Shown: positions 37,631-46,909 of the stretch, piece by piece | How positions within the stretch are numbered: position 1 is the first letter of the stretch | Layout of the letters: each line of letters opens with the position of its first letter | Assembly (NCBI GenBank): GCA_021815305.1 | Contig: JAKAHC010000010.1 | Coordinates: forward strand, 7,997 to 71,996 | DNA length: 64,000 bases | Direction: 5' to 3' | Source: Deltaproteobacteria bacterium | GTDB taxonomy: Bacteria; Desulfobacterota; Deferrimicrobia; Deferrimicrobiales; Deferrimicrobiaceae | The notes under the pieces: generated by a model | What the model was told of the DNA's origin: nothing | Seen by the model: the letters and a program-made list of their open reading frames with translations, nothing else | The model's database searches: none | Position numbers and translations under genes: made by a program

Positions 37631-38836
37631 GTGCCGGTATATCGCTACAAGGGGATCACGCGGGCGGGCGAAAACCGGAAGGGAGCCCTGGAGGCGGAGA
37701 GCGTCGCCCTGGCCCGGAAGAAGCTCCACGAGGAGGGAGTGTTTCCCGAGACGCTCGTGGAGAGCGCCCGGGAAAGGAAAGGGATCGCCCTTCCCTCCCT
37801 GCTCGGACGAAAGGAGTTTCTCCCCCTCCTCACCCGTCAGCTCGCCACGCTCGTAGGGGCGGGCGTTCCGCTTGTCGGCGCCCTCCAGTCGGTGTCTTCG
37901 CAGGTGGACGACCCGGAGAGCCGCAAGATCCTCCAGAGCATCCAGAACACCGTGCGCGAGGGATCTTCCCTGGCGCGCGCCGTGGAGGCCCATCCCGCAA
38001 CGTTTCCCGACCTTTACGCAAGCATGGTGCGGGCCGGAGAGGAGAGCGGGACGCTTCCGCTGGCGCTTTCCCGGCTGGCGGACCACCTCGAAGAGCAGGC
38101 ACGGACCCGGAACCGGGTCCGTGCCGCGCTGACCTACCCCCTGCTGATGGCCGTGGTCGCATCCCTTGTGGTGGTGTTCCTGCTGACCTTCGTCGTGCCG
38201 AAAATCGTGGGGATCTTCTCCCACCTCGGCGCCGCCCTCCCCCTGCCGACGAGAATCCTCATCGCGGTGACCGACGTCCTCTCCGCGGGCTGGTGGGCGC
38301 TTTTGCTCCTCGCGGGAGCGCTGACGCTTCTGGCGCGGAAATACATAGCCACCGAACGCGGCCGCCGCGCCCGGGACGCCTTCCTGCTCCGCCTGCCCCT
38401 GGCGGGACGGCTTGCGCACCTGTCCGCGCTCTCCCGGTTCGCGCGCACCCTTTCCACGCTGGTCTCGGGAGGGATCCCGGTGGACCGGGCGCTGCGCATC
38501 GTCGCCCCGGTGGTCGGAAACGTGGTGATCGCGGAGGACATCTCCGCGGCCGCGGACCGCATCGTGGAAGGGTCCACCCTCTCGGACGCGCTAAAGCCTC
38601 ACCCCGAGGTTCCCCTCACCCTCGTCCAGATGGTGGCGGTGGGCGAGGAGAGCGGGGCGCTCGGAGAACTGCTGCTCCGGGCGGCCGACGCGATGGACGA
38701 GGAGACGGAGGCCCGCCTCTCCAGGCTTCTCTCCCTCCTCGAACCCATGATCATCCTGGTAATGGGAACGGTGGTCGCCTTCATCGTCGTCTCCGTCCTC
38801 TTGCCGCTGCTCAACATCTCACAGATCGTCCGATAG
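37631..38836 (+). CDS. gspF: Type II secretion platform protein F
   Basis: MVRAGEESGTL, LTYP, MVAVGEESG, LLEPMIIL. Confidence 0.95.
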   Translation: MPVYRYKGITRAGENRKGALEAESVALARKKLHEEGVFPETLVESARERKGIALPSLLGRKEFLPLLTRQLATLVGAGVPLVGALQSVSSQVDDPESRKILQSIQNTVREGSSLARAVEAHPATFPDLYASMVRAGEESGTLPLALSRLADHLEEQARTRNRVRAALTYPLLMAVVASLVVVFLLTFVVPKIVGIFSHLGAALPLPTRILIAVTDVLSAGWWALLLLAGALTLLARKYIATERGRRARDAFLLRLPLAGRLAHLSALSRFARTLSTLVSGGIPVDRALRIVAPVVGNVVIAEDISAAADRIVEGSTLSDALKPHPEVPLTLVQMVAVGEESGALGELLLRAADAMDEETEARLSRLLSLLEPMIILVMGTVVAFIVVSVLLPLLNISQIVR

Positions 38837-38846
38837 GAGGAACGCG

Positions 38847-39299
38847 ATGGATGGGAAAATCCCCGGGAAGAGGCTCCGCGGCAAGGGGGGCTTCACGCTC
38901 ATCGAAATCATGGTCGTCATCGTCATCCTGGGACTGCTCGCCGCGCTGGTGGTGCCCAAGCTGATCGGCCGCACGGAGGAAGCCAAGAAGACCCAGTCGC
39001 GCGTCCAGATCAAGCACCTGCAGCAGGCACTCGAGCTGTTCAAGCTGGACAACGGCTTCTTCCCGACGACCGACCAGGGTCTGGAAGCGCTGGTGCGCGT
39101 TCCCGAGGGGGGACGGGTCCCGAAGAACTACCGGAAGGGAGGCTACCTGGACCGCGTGCCGAAAGACCCGTGGGGAAATGCCTACGTCTACGTCTGCCCC
39201 GGGACGCACGGCGACTATGACATCAGCTCCTACGGCGCGGACAACGCGCCGGGAGGCGAAGGCGAGGATGCGGACATCAACTCGTGGGATGCGCAGTAA
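38847..39299 (+). CDS. gspG: Major pseudopilin G
   Basis: G|FTLIEIMVV cleavage site, FFPTTDQGLEALV, PKDPWGNAY. Confidence 0.96.
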   Translation: MDGKIPGKRLRGKGGFTLIEIMVVIVILGLLAALVVPKLIGRTEEAKKTQSRVQIKHLQQALELFKLDNGFFPTTDQGLEALVRVPEGGRVPKNYRKGGYLDRVPKDPWGNAYVYVCPGTHGDYDISSYGADNAPGGEGEDADINSWDAQ

Positions 39300-39783
39300 C
39301 CGCGGCTTCACGCTGATCGAGCTCGCCGTCGTACTGTTCGTGCTCGGGCTGATTCTCTGGATCGCGATCCCGCGTCTTTCCCGGATCGGCGACCCCGGCC
39401 GTGACGCCGTGTTCCGCGACCTCTCGGCGGAATCCGAGGCCGCGTACGACCTCTCCCTCTTCGAGAAGCGGGAAACCCGGCTGGTCCTCAACCCGGCGGC
39501 GGGAACCTACGAGTTCCGGTTGCCCGACCGCAACGCGGATGCGTCGCACCCGCGCGAGTTCGGCCCGAGGCTCACGGTGACCGGAATCCGCATCGAGGGG
39601 GAAGACCGGCCTCTGGACATCCCGACGGAGATCCGCTACCTCCCCGGCGGGCGGGTTCCCACGGCCTGGATCTACTTCCGGGATGCGGGCGACGAAGCGC
39701 ACCCCACCCGGTGGACCCTCCGGCTCAACCCGTTCAACGGCTCGATGAAGGTCACGGAAGGCACGGTGAGGGACAATGGCTGA
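39289..39783 (+). CDS. gspH: Minor pseudopilin H
   Basis: MRSNRG|FTLIEL prepilin motif; position after gspG. Confidence 0.8.
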   Translation: MRSNRGFTLIELAVVLFVLGLILWIAIPRLSRIGDPGRDAVFRDLSAESEAAYDLSLFEKRETRLVLNPAAGTYEFRLPDRNADASHPREFGPRLTVTGIRIEGEDRPLDIPTEIRYLPGGRVPTAWIYFRDAGDEAHPTRWTLRLNPFNGSMKVTEGTVRDNG

Positions 39784-40162
39784 CGGGGACACCTCGCGCG
39801 GAAATGGGGTGGGCAGGGGCGGGTTCACCCTCATCGAGGTGCTGGTCTCCCTCGCGATCCTGGCGGCCACGCTCCTCCTTGCCTACAGGATCATCGCGGG
39901 CGCGATCGCCGCGGAGGGACGGTCGGAGCACTGGACCGTCTGCTCCTATCTCGCGGAGGCCCTCGTCCGGGAAGCCACCGCCACCTTCCCCGACACCGGA
40001 GAGTCCGAAGGAAAGTTCGCCCCGCCGATGGACGCCTACTCGTGGAAGCGCACCGTCCGGGCGGCGGCGCACTCCGACGCCCGTGAAGTGGACGTCACCG
40101 TCACGTGGGGATCGGACAGCGGGGCGGAGCAGGTCACCCTATACGGGATTGCGGTGAAGTGA
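39776..40162 (+). CDS. gspI: Minor pseudopilin I
   Basis: GG|FTLIEVLVSLAIL; position in the operon. Confidence 0.8.
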   Translation: MADGDTSRGNGVGRGGFTLIEVLVSLAILAATLLLAYRIIAGAIAAEGRSEHWTVCSYLAEALVREATATFPDTGESEGKFAPPMDAYSWKRTVRAAAHSDAREVDVTVTWGSDSGAEQVTLYGIAVK

Positions 40163-40836
40163 TGCGGCCCGCGCGGCGTTACGGAGGGTTCACCCTCATC
40201 GAGATCCTCCTTGCGCTGGCGATCCTTGCGGTCGTCATGCTGCTTCTCCTGTCCGCCTTTACCGGCGCCGTGCGGGCGCGGGACATCCTCTTCGGGCGAT
40301 CCCGCGATTTCCGCCAGATCCGGCTCACGATGGACCGCATCGGCACCGACCTGCAGGACGCCTTCGCATCGTCGGTCCGCCAGGACTCCGGCCTCACCTG
40401 CCGGGAGGACCGGTTCTCGGGAAATCCCGCGGCGACGCTCGTATTCACCGCCTTCCAGCTTCCGGAAACGGACGGCCGCCGTCCCCCCGCGGACGTAGTC
40501 AAGATCAAGTACTACCCGAAGGTCGGCGCCGACGGTACCACGCTGGATCTTTACCGGGAGGAGTCCGACCTCCCCTTCATCGGCAACAAGATCCCCCTGC
40601 GGGAGGCGCTGGTCGCGGAGGGGCTCCGCGGTTTCCGCGTGGAACTGTACGACGGCTCCGCCTGGGTCAAGGAGTGGCCGTCGTCGGGAAAACCGGCAAC
40701 GTCCCTTCCGGCGAAGGCGGCCGTGACGCTTACCGACGGCAGCGGCAACACGTACCGGCGCGAGATCCCCATTCCCCTCTCCGGCCAGGAAGGGGTGCTG
40801 ACGTACTCCGGGCGGCGGCGCCCGTCCGGCCCATGA
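40162..40836 (+). CDS. gspJ: Minor pseudopilin J
   Basis: GG|FTLIEILLALAIL; YDGSAWVKEW near the C-terminus. Confidence 0.82.
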   Translation: MRPARRYGGFTLIEILLALAILAVVMLLLLSAFTGAVRARDILFGRSRDFRQIRLTMDRIGTDLQDAFASSVRQDSGLTCREDRFSGNPAATLVFTAFQLPETDGRRPPADVVKIKYYPKVGADGTTLDLYREESDLPFIGNKIPLREALVAEGLRGFRVELYDGSAWVKEWPSSGKPATSLPAKAAVTLTDGSGNTYRREIPIPLSGQEGVLTYSGRRRPSGP

Positions 40837-41789
40837 AGCGGCTTCGGGGGAACGAAGACGGAATCGCCCTGCTGGTCACCCTGCTCGTCCTCGTGCTGAT
40901 CGTAGCCCTCGCCAACGAGATCTTCCGGATCGGGGCGCGTGCGGCGCAGACCGGCGCCTACGGGCGGGACTCGATCGAATGCGGGCTTCTGGCGGAGGCG
41001 GGGACCGGGGCAGCACGGATCGCCCTCCGGCAGGACGCGCGGGAGAACAGCTACGATACGCTCGACGAGTTCTGGTCCCGGCCAGTGCCTCCCATCGAAC
41101 TGGGGAACGGCGTCATCAACGTCACCGTGGAGGACGAGGAGCGGAAGATCGACCTCAACCTGCTCGTGATGCCGAACGGGATCGCGCCGGACGAGCAGCG
41201 CCTCGCGATCTTCCGCCGCCTTCTCGACATCCTCGGGATCGACGGCGCGGTCGCGGACGCCGTAGTGGACTGGCTGGACGCGGACGACTCTCCGCGCGTC
41301 GGGGGCGCGGAGACCGCCTACTACCAGGGGCTTCCCTACCCCTACAGCGCGAAGAACGACCTGTTCGACACGGTGGACGAACTGCGGCTCGTGAAGGGGG
41401 TCACCGGCGAGGTTTTCGAGAAGCTGCGCCCCTTCGTCACCGTGTTCTCCTCCGCCAAGGTGAACATCAACACCGCGCCGAAGGAGGTCATCATGGCGCT
41501 GTCGGCCGGGTCGATCGCGGGGGCGGGGGAAATCGGTCCGGCCGAGGCGGACCAGCTCATCGCCTACCGGAGGGACCATCCCTTCAGGAGCGTCTCGGAC
41601 ATCAAGAACGTCTCCCCCTTCTTCGCGGACCTCTACGGCAAGACGCTCCTGCAGAATTACATCGACGTCCGCTCCACCGTTTTCCACGTGCGCTCGATCG
41701 GGACCGTCGCCGGGACGGCCCGCACGGTGGATGCCATCGGACTCCGTTCGGGAAATGAGATACAATGGCGTTTTTGGCGCCTGGAGTAG
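40833..41789 (+). CDS. gspK: Minor pseudopilin K
   Basis: DG|IALLVTLL, DEERKIDLN, DAVVDWLDAD, KVNINTAP. Confidence 0.9.
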   Translation: MKRLRGNEDGIALLVTLLVLVLIVALANEIFRIGARAAQTGAYGRDSIECGLLAEAGTGAARIALRQDARENSYDTLDEFWSRPVPPIELGNGVINVTVEDEERKIDLNLLVMPNGIAPDEQRLAIFRRLLDILGIDGAVADAVVDWLDADDSPRVGGAETAYYQGLPYPYSAKNDLFDTVDELRLVKGVTGEVFEKLRPFVTVFSSAKVNINTAPKEVIMALSAGSIAGAGEIGPAEADQLIAYRRDHPFRSVSDIKNVSPFFADLYGKTLLQNYIDVRSTVFHVRSIGTVAGTARTVDAIGLRSGNEIQWRFWRLE

Positions 41790-41817
41790 ACTACCCGCAG
41801 CAACGGGGGGAAACCGC

Positions 41818-43386
41818 ATGAACCTGTTCCGCCGAACCCGTTACCTTCTCGCACTCGCCGCCCTGCTTCTCTCCACGAGCGCGCGGGCCGAGCTAATCTT
41901 TCCCGTGAACGAGAGCGGGACCGGGGCGTTCACCTTCGACCAGCCGACGGGCGTCCTCGACGGGTCCACCGTGCACGTCGCCTTCATCGGGGATGCCGCG
42001 GGCACCGGACAGTTCTCGTTGTACTACGCGGCGATCAACGGCGCTGCCGATCTGACGAACCAGGCCACCACGCGGGCCCAGGTCCTCATCACCCCGGCCG
42101 TCGCCATCGACAACGGAGCCGCGTACACGGACGCGCGGCATCCGCGGGTCCAGCTCCTCGGCCCGGGCCAGGTCGTGATCGTGTTCCAGGCGATCCCGGC
42201 GGGCGCGACCGACTACAAGCTCTTCCTCGCCCTCGTGACGGTGGCAAACAACGCCGTCCAGACGCAGACGGTCCGCGAGATCACGGATCCCGTGACCGGG
42301 CGCATGGCCGGCAGGCTGATCGACCCGTCCTTCGGGCTGGTCGTGCCGGAACGCGCGGCCCGCGTCGCCTACACCGACAACACCGCCGGAAACGTCTACT
42401 GCGCCCGCATCGCGGTGGACAACGCGTCCCTGGTCGGCTCGCCCATCCTCCTCACGCCGACGGCGCAGACCCGGGGGATCACCCCTCTCCCCGGACTGGC
42501 CGTCGACAGCCAGAACCGCACCCACATCGCCTGGGCCGCCAACAACGCCCTGGGAACGCCTTCCGACATCTACTACGCCATGGTGCACGAAGCCGGCGCG
42601 ATCGACAACCTCGCCATCGGCGCCACCAGCATCCTCTACGGCGGTTTCCGGTGGGGATTCCCCAGCGTGCTCCTGCCGGCGAACAACGGCATCCCACGGA
42701 CCAACTCGGTCCTCGTCGTCGCCGCGGACGATCCGCTGGAAACCAGCGGCCTCGCGACGACGGTGGGGGTCGCCATGGTCGCCCCCGACGCGGTCACGCC
42801 GGACGGAAACCCCGTCGGCCCCGGGAACCTCATTTCCGGCCAGACGTTCCTCGTTTCCCCACCGGGAAGTTCGCCGCTGGCGGACACCTTTTCCGCCTAC
42901 CACCCCGGCGCGGCCATCGACAGTTCCAACCGCGTCCACGTTTCCGGCTACGGCTTCCTGGCCCCCGGCAACCTGGGGAGCGCCGGGTCGTACTACACGA
43001 TGGACCTGCTGGGGGTCACCACGGCACCGATCACCGGGTATCCGACGACCGAGGCGGTTCTGAGCTCCCCCCGGGAACCGGTGGGGACGGGCACCCTCGC
43101 TTACGCCACGACCCTCCCCGGCGACTACACCCGAACCGCCTTCGTGCACATGAACACGCGGGCGTTCCTGTTCTGGTCCGCTCAGGACAACGTCGTTTCC
43201 GGGGCGCACAACCTCTATGTCACCAGCGCCCTCTCCTCCACCGATCTGGTCGGCGCCAGCACCGGCTGCTCCACGGTCGCCGGCCCGGGGGAGAGGAACG
43301 GGGAGATCCCCTGGGCGGCCCTGCTGCTCCTTCCCGCGGTCCTGCTCCTGCTGCGGAGAGCCGCAAGGAAGGCCCTTGCCAGGTAG
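41818..43386 (+). CDS. Secreted hypothetical protein (beta-propeller-like) with a C-terminal Gly-Cys/TM/basic sorting tail
   Basis: Signal peptide (SARA|E), repeated HV/IAF/W...YYA motifs, tail STGCS...ALLLLPAVLLLLRRAARK. Confidence 0.8.
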   Translation: MNLFRRTRYLLALAALLLSTSARAELIFPVNESGTGAFTFDQPTGVLDGSTVHVAFIGDAAGTGQFSLYYAAINGAADLTNQATTRAQVLITPAVAIDNGAAYTDARHPRVQLLGPGQVVIVFQAIPAGATDYKLFLALVTVANNAVQTQTVREITDPVTGRMAGRLIDPSFGLVVPERAARVAYTDNTAGNVYCARIAVDNASLVGSPILLTPTAQTRGITPLPGLAVDSQNRTHIAWAANNALGTPSDIYYAMVHEAGAIDNLAIGATSILYGGFRWGFPSVLLPANNGIPRTNSVLVVAADDPLETSGLATTVGVAMVAPDAVTPDGNPVGPGNLISGQTFLVSPPGSSPLADTFSAYHPGAAIDSSNRVHVSGYGFLAPGNLGSAGSYYTMDLLGVTTAPITGYPTTEAVLSSPREPVGTGTLAYATTLPGDYTRTAFVHMNTRAFLFWSAQDNVVSGAHNLYVTSALSSTDLVGASTGCSTVAGPGERNGEIPWAALLLLPAVLLLLRRAARKALAR

Positions 43387-44230
43387 CGGGCGATCCAGGG
43401 GGCGCTTTGCGGGCACGGCGCTGGGCGCGGTTCTCTTCCTGGCCGCGTTCGGCCTTGCGGTGGCGATGACCCTTCCGGACGATTTCGTCCTGTCCATGGT
43501 CCGGCCCATCCTTCGTGCCGGTGGCGTCAACCTCACGGCCCGGAAAAGCCGCATCGCCTTCCCGCTCGGAGTGCGCCTGCAAGGGGTGTCCGTCGCCATC
43601 GCAGGGACCCCTCCGATCCATCTGGACGAGGCAACCGCATCGTGGGAGTGGACCGGGTTGTTCCGGTGGCTCCCGGCGCACCTGACCCTCGTGCGCGGGA
43701 ACGCCACGGCGGACTTCCGGTTTTCTCCCGCCTTCTGGCATCCGAGCCGGGGACGGGCGACCCTCACGGGAGTTTCCTCCAGGGATCTGCCGCTCCCGGT
43801 CTTTTCGGATTCCGGGGCGGGATTCTCGGTTCGGCGGGTCGATGCCCGCTGGAGGATGACCGGGGGAAAACTGGCTGCGGAGGGCTCCGGTACGTTCGAC
43901 TTCCTGCAGTTTCCGGTCCCCTCGCCGGATTCGCCGATCCGGGAAGCGCGCATCGACAACGTGGATCTTTCGTTCCTGGTCCGGGGGGACGCTTTGCACG
44001 TACCCCGCGTCCTGGGAACTTACGAGGGGTCCCGGGTAGACGGCACCGGAGAGATCACGCGGTTCCTCGTACCGCGGCAAGCCCTTGTCACGTTCCACCT
44101 CCGCGTGCAGAATCCCTTCGAGGGCCGGGTCGCCATGCTTTTCGACATGCTGGCGAAAAACGCAAAGAATGCTAATCTGAGGATTGTCGGTTCCCTGGCG
44201 GCGCCCAGGGCCGAATTCCAGTTCTTCTAA
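43376..44230 (+). CDS. gspN: Type II secretion protein N-like
   Basis: N-terminal TM then LPDD, beta-rich body, C-terminal NLRIVGSLAAP. TTG start overlaps the upstream stop. Confidence 0.7.
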   Translation: MPGSGRSRGRFAGTALGAVLFLAAFGLAVAMTLPDDFVLSMVRPILRAGGVNLTARKSRIAFPLGVRLQGVSVAIAGTPPIHLDEATASWEWTGLFRWLPAHLTLVRGNATADFRFSPAFWHPSRGRATLTGVSSRDLPLPVFSDSGAGFSVRRVDARWRMTGGKLAAEGSGTFDFLQFPVPSPDSPIREARIDNVDLSFLVRGDALHVPRVLGTYEGSRVDGTGEITRFLVPRQALVTFHLRVQNPFEGRVAMLFDMLAKNAKNANLRIVGSLAAPRAEFQFF

Positions 44231-44240
44231 GAAGAAGGAC

Positions 44241-45605
44241 ATGCCCACCGTCGGAATCTCCATATCACGGGAAGGATGGCACGCCGTCGTGCTGGACGGC
44301 CCCCCCGCCGCTCCCGTCGTGGCTGCCTCCGCCGCGGTGCCCTGCCGGGAACCGTTCGGGGGCACGGAGGAGGCGACGGCCCTCGCCGCCGAGCTCCGCC
44401 ACGCGTTCCCCGGGAACAACCTCCCCGGGGCGGTGATCACGCTTCCCCCCCCCCTCACCTACCTCCGGCCGGTGACGCTGCCGGTGCACGATCTCGCCAG
44501 GGCGCGCGCCATTCACCTGGCCGAGCTCGAGGGAAACCTCCCCATCGAGGACGACGAGATCCTTTCGGACCTCCTGCCCTCCGCTCCGGGGGCCCCGGGC
44601 ACCTTTCTCGCCGTGGCGGCGCGACGCTCCTTCGTGGAGAAAACCGTCGAGGCGTTCCTTGCTTCCGGCATCCGCGTGGACCGCGTCATCACCGACCACG
44701 TGTCGCTCCTGCTCCTGGCCGAGGGACGAATCCCCGAAGACGCTGTCCTTCTTTCGACATTCTCCGACATCCTCCTGCTGCGCACCTCCGGGGAGGGGGT
44801 GCGGGAGGCGCGGCAATTCCCCTCCGCGATGGCGGAGGACCCCGCCGAACTCCTCTCGGCGGTGCGGGAGGCTTCCCGGGAGAACGGAGACGTGACCGCG
44901 AAGACGTTTTCTTTCGGGTACCTTCCCCCGGCCCTTGCGGGCGGCCTGCCCGATGCCGCGGCCTGTGACCTTCCGGAAGGGTTTCCCCCTGCGCACCTGG
45001 CGGCCTGCGGCGCCGCGCTGGCGCCGCATTTTCCGAAAGTCGCAGGCGGGTTCTCGCTGCGCACCTCGATGGAAGCGGCGGCGGAGAAGGAACGGGAGGG
45101 ACGCAGGCGGTACATCGCGGCGATCGCAGCGGGCGTCGCCGCCCTTCTGGCGCTCGGGACCCTGCAATTCGCAAAATGGACGGAGGGCGAGAAGGTTGCG
45201 CGCGCACGTGCGCTGGTGCGGAAAGAGTTCGCGGAAGCCGCACCGGACATCCGCAACGTCGTGCAGGCGGGAGCCCAGATCCGGGCAAAGCTCGCATCCC
45301 TCCAGCGCCAGCAGAAGGAGTTGGGAACGGACGCGCCGCCGCCCGCCGACCTCCTGATGTGGGCCTCCCAGGCGCTTCCGCAGGGAGAAATCGCCGTGAG
45401 GGAAGTGCAGATCGAGGGGCCGCGCATGCGGCTCGCCGGAGAGACGAAGGACCCCAGGCTGGTGGATACGTATCGCGCCGGGCTGTCGGGAACGCTCGGT
45501 CCGGGATACGCCGTGACCGTCCAGGAGTCCGAAGGGAGCCCCCAGGGAACTTCCGTGCGCTTCACCATCCTCGTCGAACGGAAGGCGGAACCGCGTGTTT
45601 CGTGA
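44241..45605 (+). CDS. gspL: Type II secretion protein L-like (actin-like cytoplasmic domain, TM, periplasmic domain)
   Basis: VGISIS N-terminal strand, TFLAVAARR, a single TM near residue 300, position before gspM. Confidence 0.72.
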   Translation: MPTVGISISREGWHAVVLDGPPAAPVVAASAAVPCREPFGGTEEATALAAELRHAFPGNNLPGAVITLPPPLTYLRPVTLPVHDLARARAIHLAELEGNLPIEDDEILSDLLPSAPGAPGTFLAVAARRSFVEKTVEAFLASGIRVDRVITDHVSLLLLAEGRIPEDAVLLSTFSDILLLRTSGEGVREARQFPSAMAEDPAELLSAVREASRENGDVTAKTFSFGYLPPALAGGLPDAAACDLPEGFPPAHLAACGAALAPHFPKVAGGFSLRTSMEAAAEKEREGRRRYIAAIAAGVAALLALGTLQFAKWTEGEKVARARALVRKEFAEAAPDIRNVVQAGAQIRAKLASLQRQQKELGTDAPPPADLLMWASQALPQGEIAVREVQIEGPRMRLAGETKDPRLVDTYRAGLSGTLGPGYAVTVQESEGSPQGTSVRFTILVERKAEPRVS

Positions 45606-46128
45606 CAGGGAAAAAAGGGTCCTCGTCCTCGGGGGCGCGGCGGCGGCCGTCCTTTTGCTCCTCACGTTCGTGGTGTTCCCCGGCATCGCGCGCCTGAAAT
45701 CCCTCGGCCGCGCTTCGGCTGCAGCGGAAAGCGATCTCGCCGAGGTGCGCAGGGCGAAACCGGAGCTCGAGCGCCTCCAGCGCGACATCCGCCAGCGGGG
45801 AGGCGTCGTACTCGCGGCGGCCAACCGCAAGGAGTCTCCCCTCATCCGCCTCTCCTCCGCCCTGCAGGATGCGGGAATTCCCCAGTCGGCGTTCAGCGTC
45901 AAATCGAGCGGCGCGCGGGACGGCGAGTCGTTCCGCGAGGAGTCGTTCGACGTGAAGTTGGAGAACCTTACCTGTCTCGAAGCCGTCAAGGCGCTCCAAC
46001 AGCTGTCGGGAGGGGCGTTGCCGACCGTCGTCCGCTCCTCGCTCCTCAAGAGCCGCTACGACGACCCCCGGTACCTCGATGTCACCCTCCGTGTCGAATA
46101 CCTTACCCCCAAAACGCCGAAGTCGTAG
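45595..46128 (+). CDS. gspM: Type II secretion protein M-like
   Basis: DREKRVLVLGG followed by a TM and coiled coil; size and position fit. Confidence 0.72.
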   Translation: MFRDREKRVLVLGGAAAAVLLLLTFVVFPGIARLKSLGRASAAAESDLAEVRRAKPELERLQRDIRQRGGVVLAAANRKESPLIRLSSALQDAGIPQSAFSVKSSGARDGESFREESFDVKLENLTCLEAVKALQQLSGGALPTVVRSSLLKSRYDDPRYLDVTLRVEYLTPKTPKS

Positions 46129-46909
46129 GCCGGCGGTCCTTCCCGTCGTCCTTCTCCTCGCGGCGATCCTGAGCGCGACGGGGTGCCCTTCCGGGAGGCT
46201 CCCCCCGCTTCCCCCTGCTGACGAGGCGCTCCTCCGGGCCAAGTCGGACAAACCGGTTCGCGTGGCGGTCCAGGGCGGCGGCGACGAACCGTTCGCGGCG
46301 ATCGCCGTCTTCCGCGACGACGCGTTCCTCCACCATGCGGCAGCGCTCGAACAGGCATCCATCCCGATCCTGGACGAGTTCGGCAAGGCGGCGATCCTCC
46401 TCCTCTCCCCGGGGCGGGTCCTTCCGCTCCTTGGGGACCCTTCCCTCGCGCGGCTCGCCTGGTTCGGCCCCCAGGGGCTGCTGGCGCGCCTCGACCCTGC
46501 CCTGGAGATCGACCTCCTCTCGCGCTACGGGGCGGGATCCGAAGCGGAGAACACGCCGCTGCTCGTGCGCTTCCGGGACGTGCCGGGGAAAGCGGAGGAG
46601 CGGCACGTCGCCGCGTCGGGGTTCCGCATCGTCACGCGGGCCGGGCCGACCTGGGTCGTCTCCGGGCCCGTATCCGGCGTGCCGAAACTGCTTTCGAACG
46701 ACCGAATCGCTTACCTGGAGAAGGCGGAGACGGGGGGCAACGCTTCGCGGGAAGGCCTTACCAAGACCGCACCGGTGCCCCATGCGGAAACCGGCGGCGC
46801 GGCGCATGACAACGCAACGGCCCCCGCTCCCTCCTCCGGTGGGGAGAGGGCGGTTCCCATCGGGAAAAGACCGCCGTACAGGATCCGGACACCCGAGGAT
46901 CCCCGTTGA
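46079..46909 (+). CDS. Hypothetical lipoprotein with two repeats resembling peptidase propeptide (I9-like) domains
   Basis: LSATGC lipobox and an internal repeat around FRD motifs. Start uncertain. Confidence 0.6.
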   Translation: MSPSVSNTLPPKRRSRRPAVLPVVLLLAAILSATGCPSGRLPPLPPADEALLRAKSDKPVRVAVQGGGDEPFAAIAVFRDDAFLHHAAALEQASIPILDEFGKAAILLLSPGRVLPLLGDPSLARLAWFGPQGLLARLDPALEIDLLSRYGAGSEAENTPLLVRFRDVPGKAEERHVAASGFRIVTRAGPTWVVSGPVSGVPKLLSNDRIAYLEKAETGGNASREGLTKTAPVPHAETGGAAHDNATAPAPSSGGERAVPIGKRPPYRIRTPEDPR

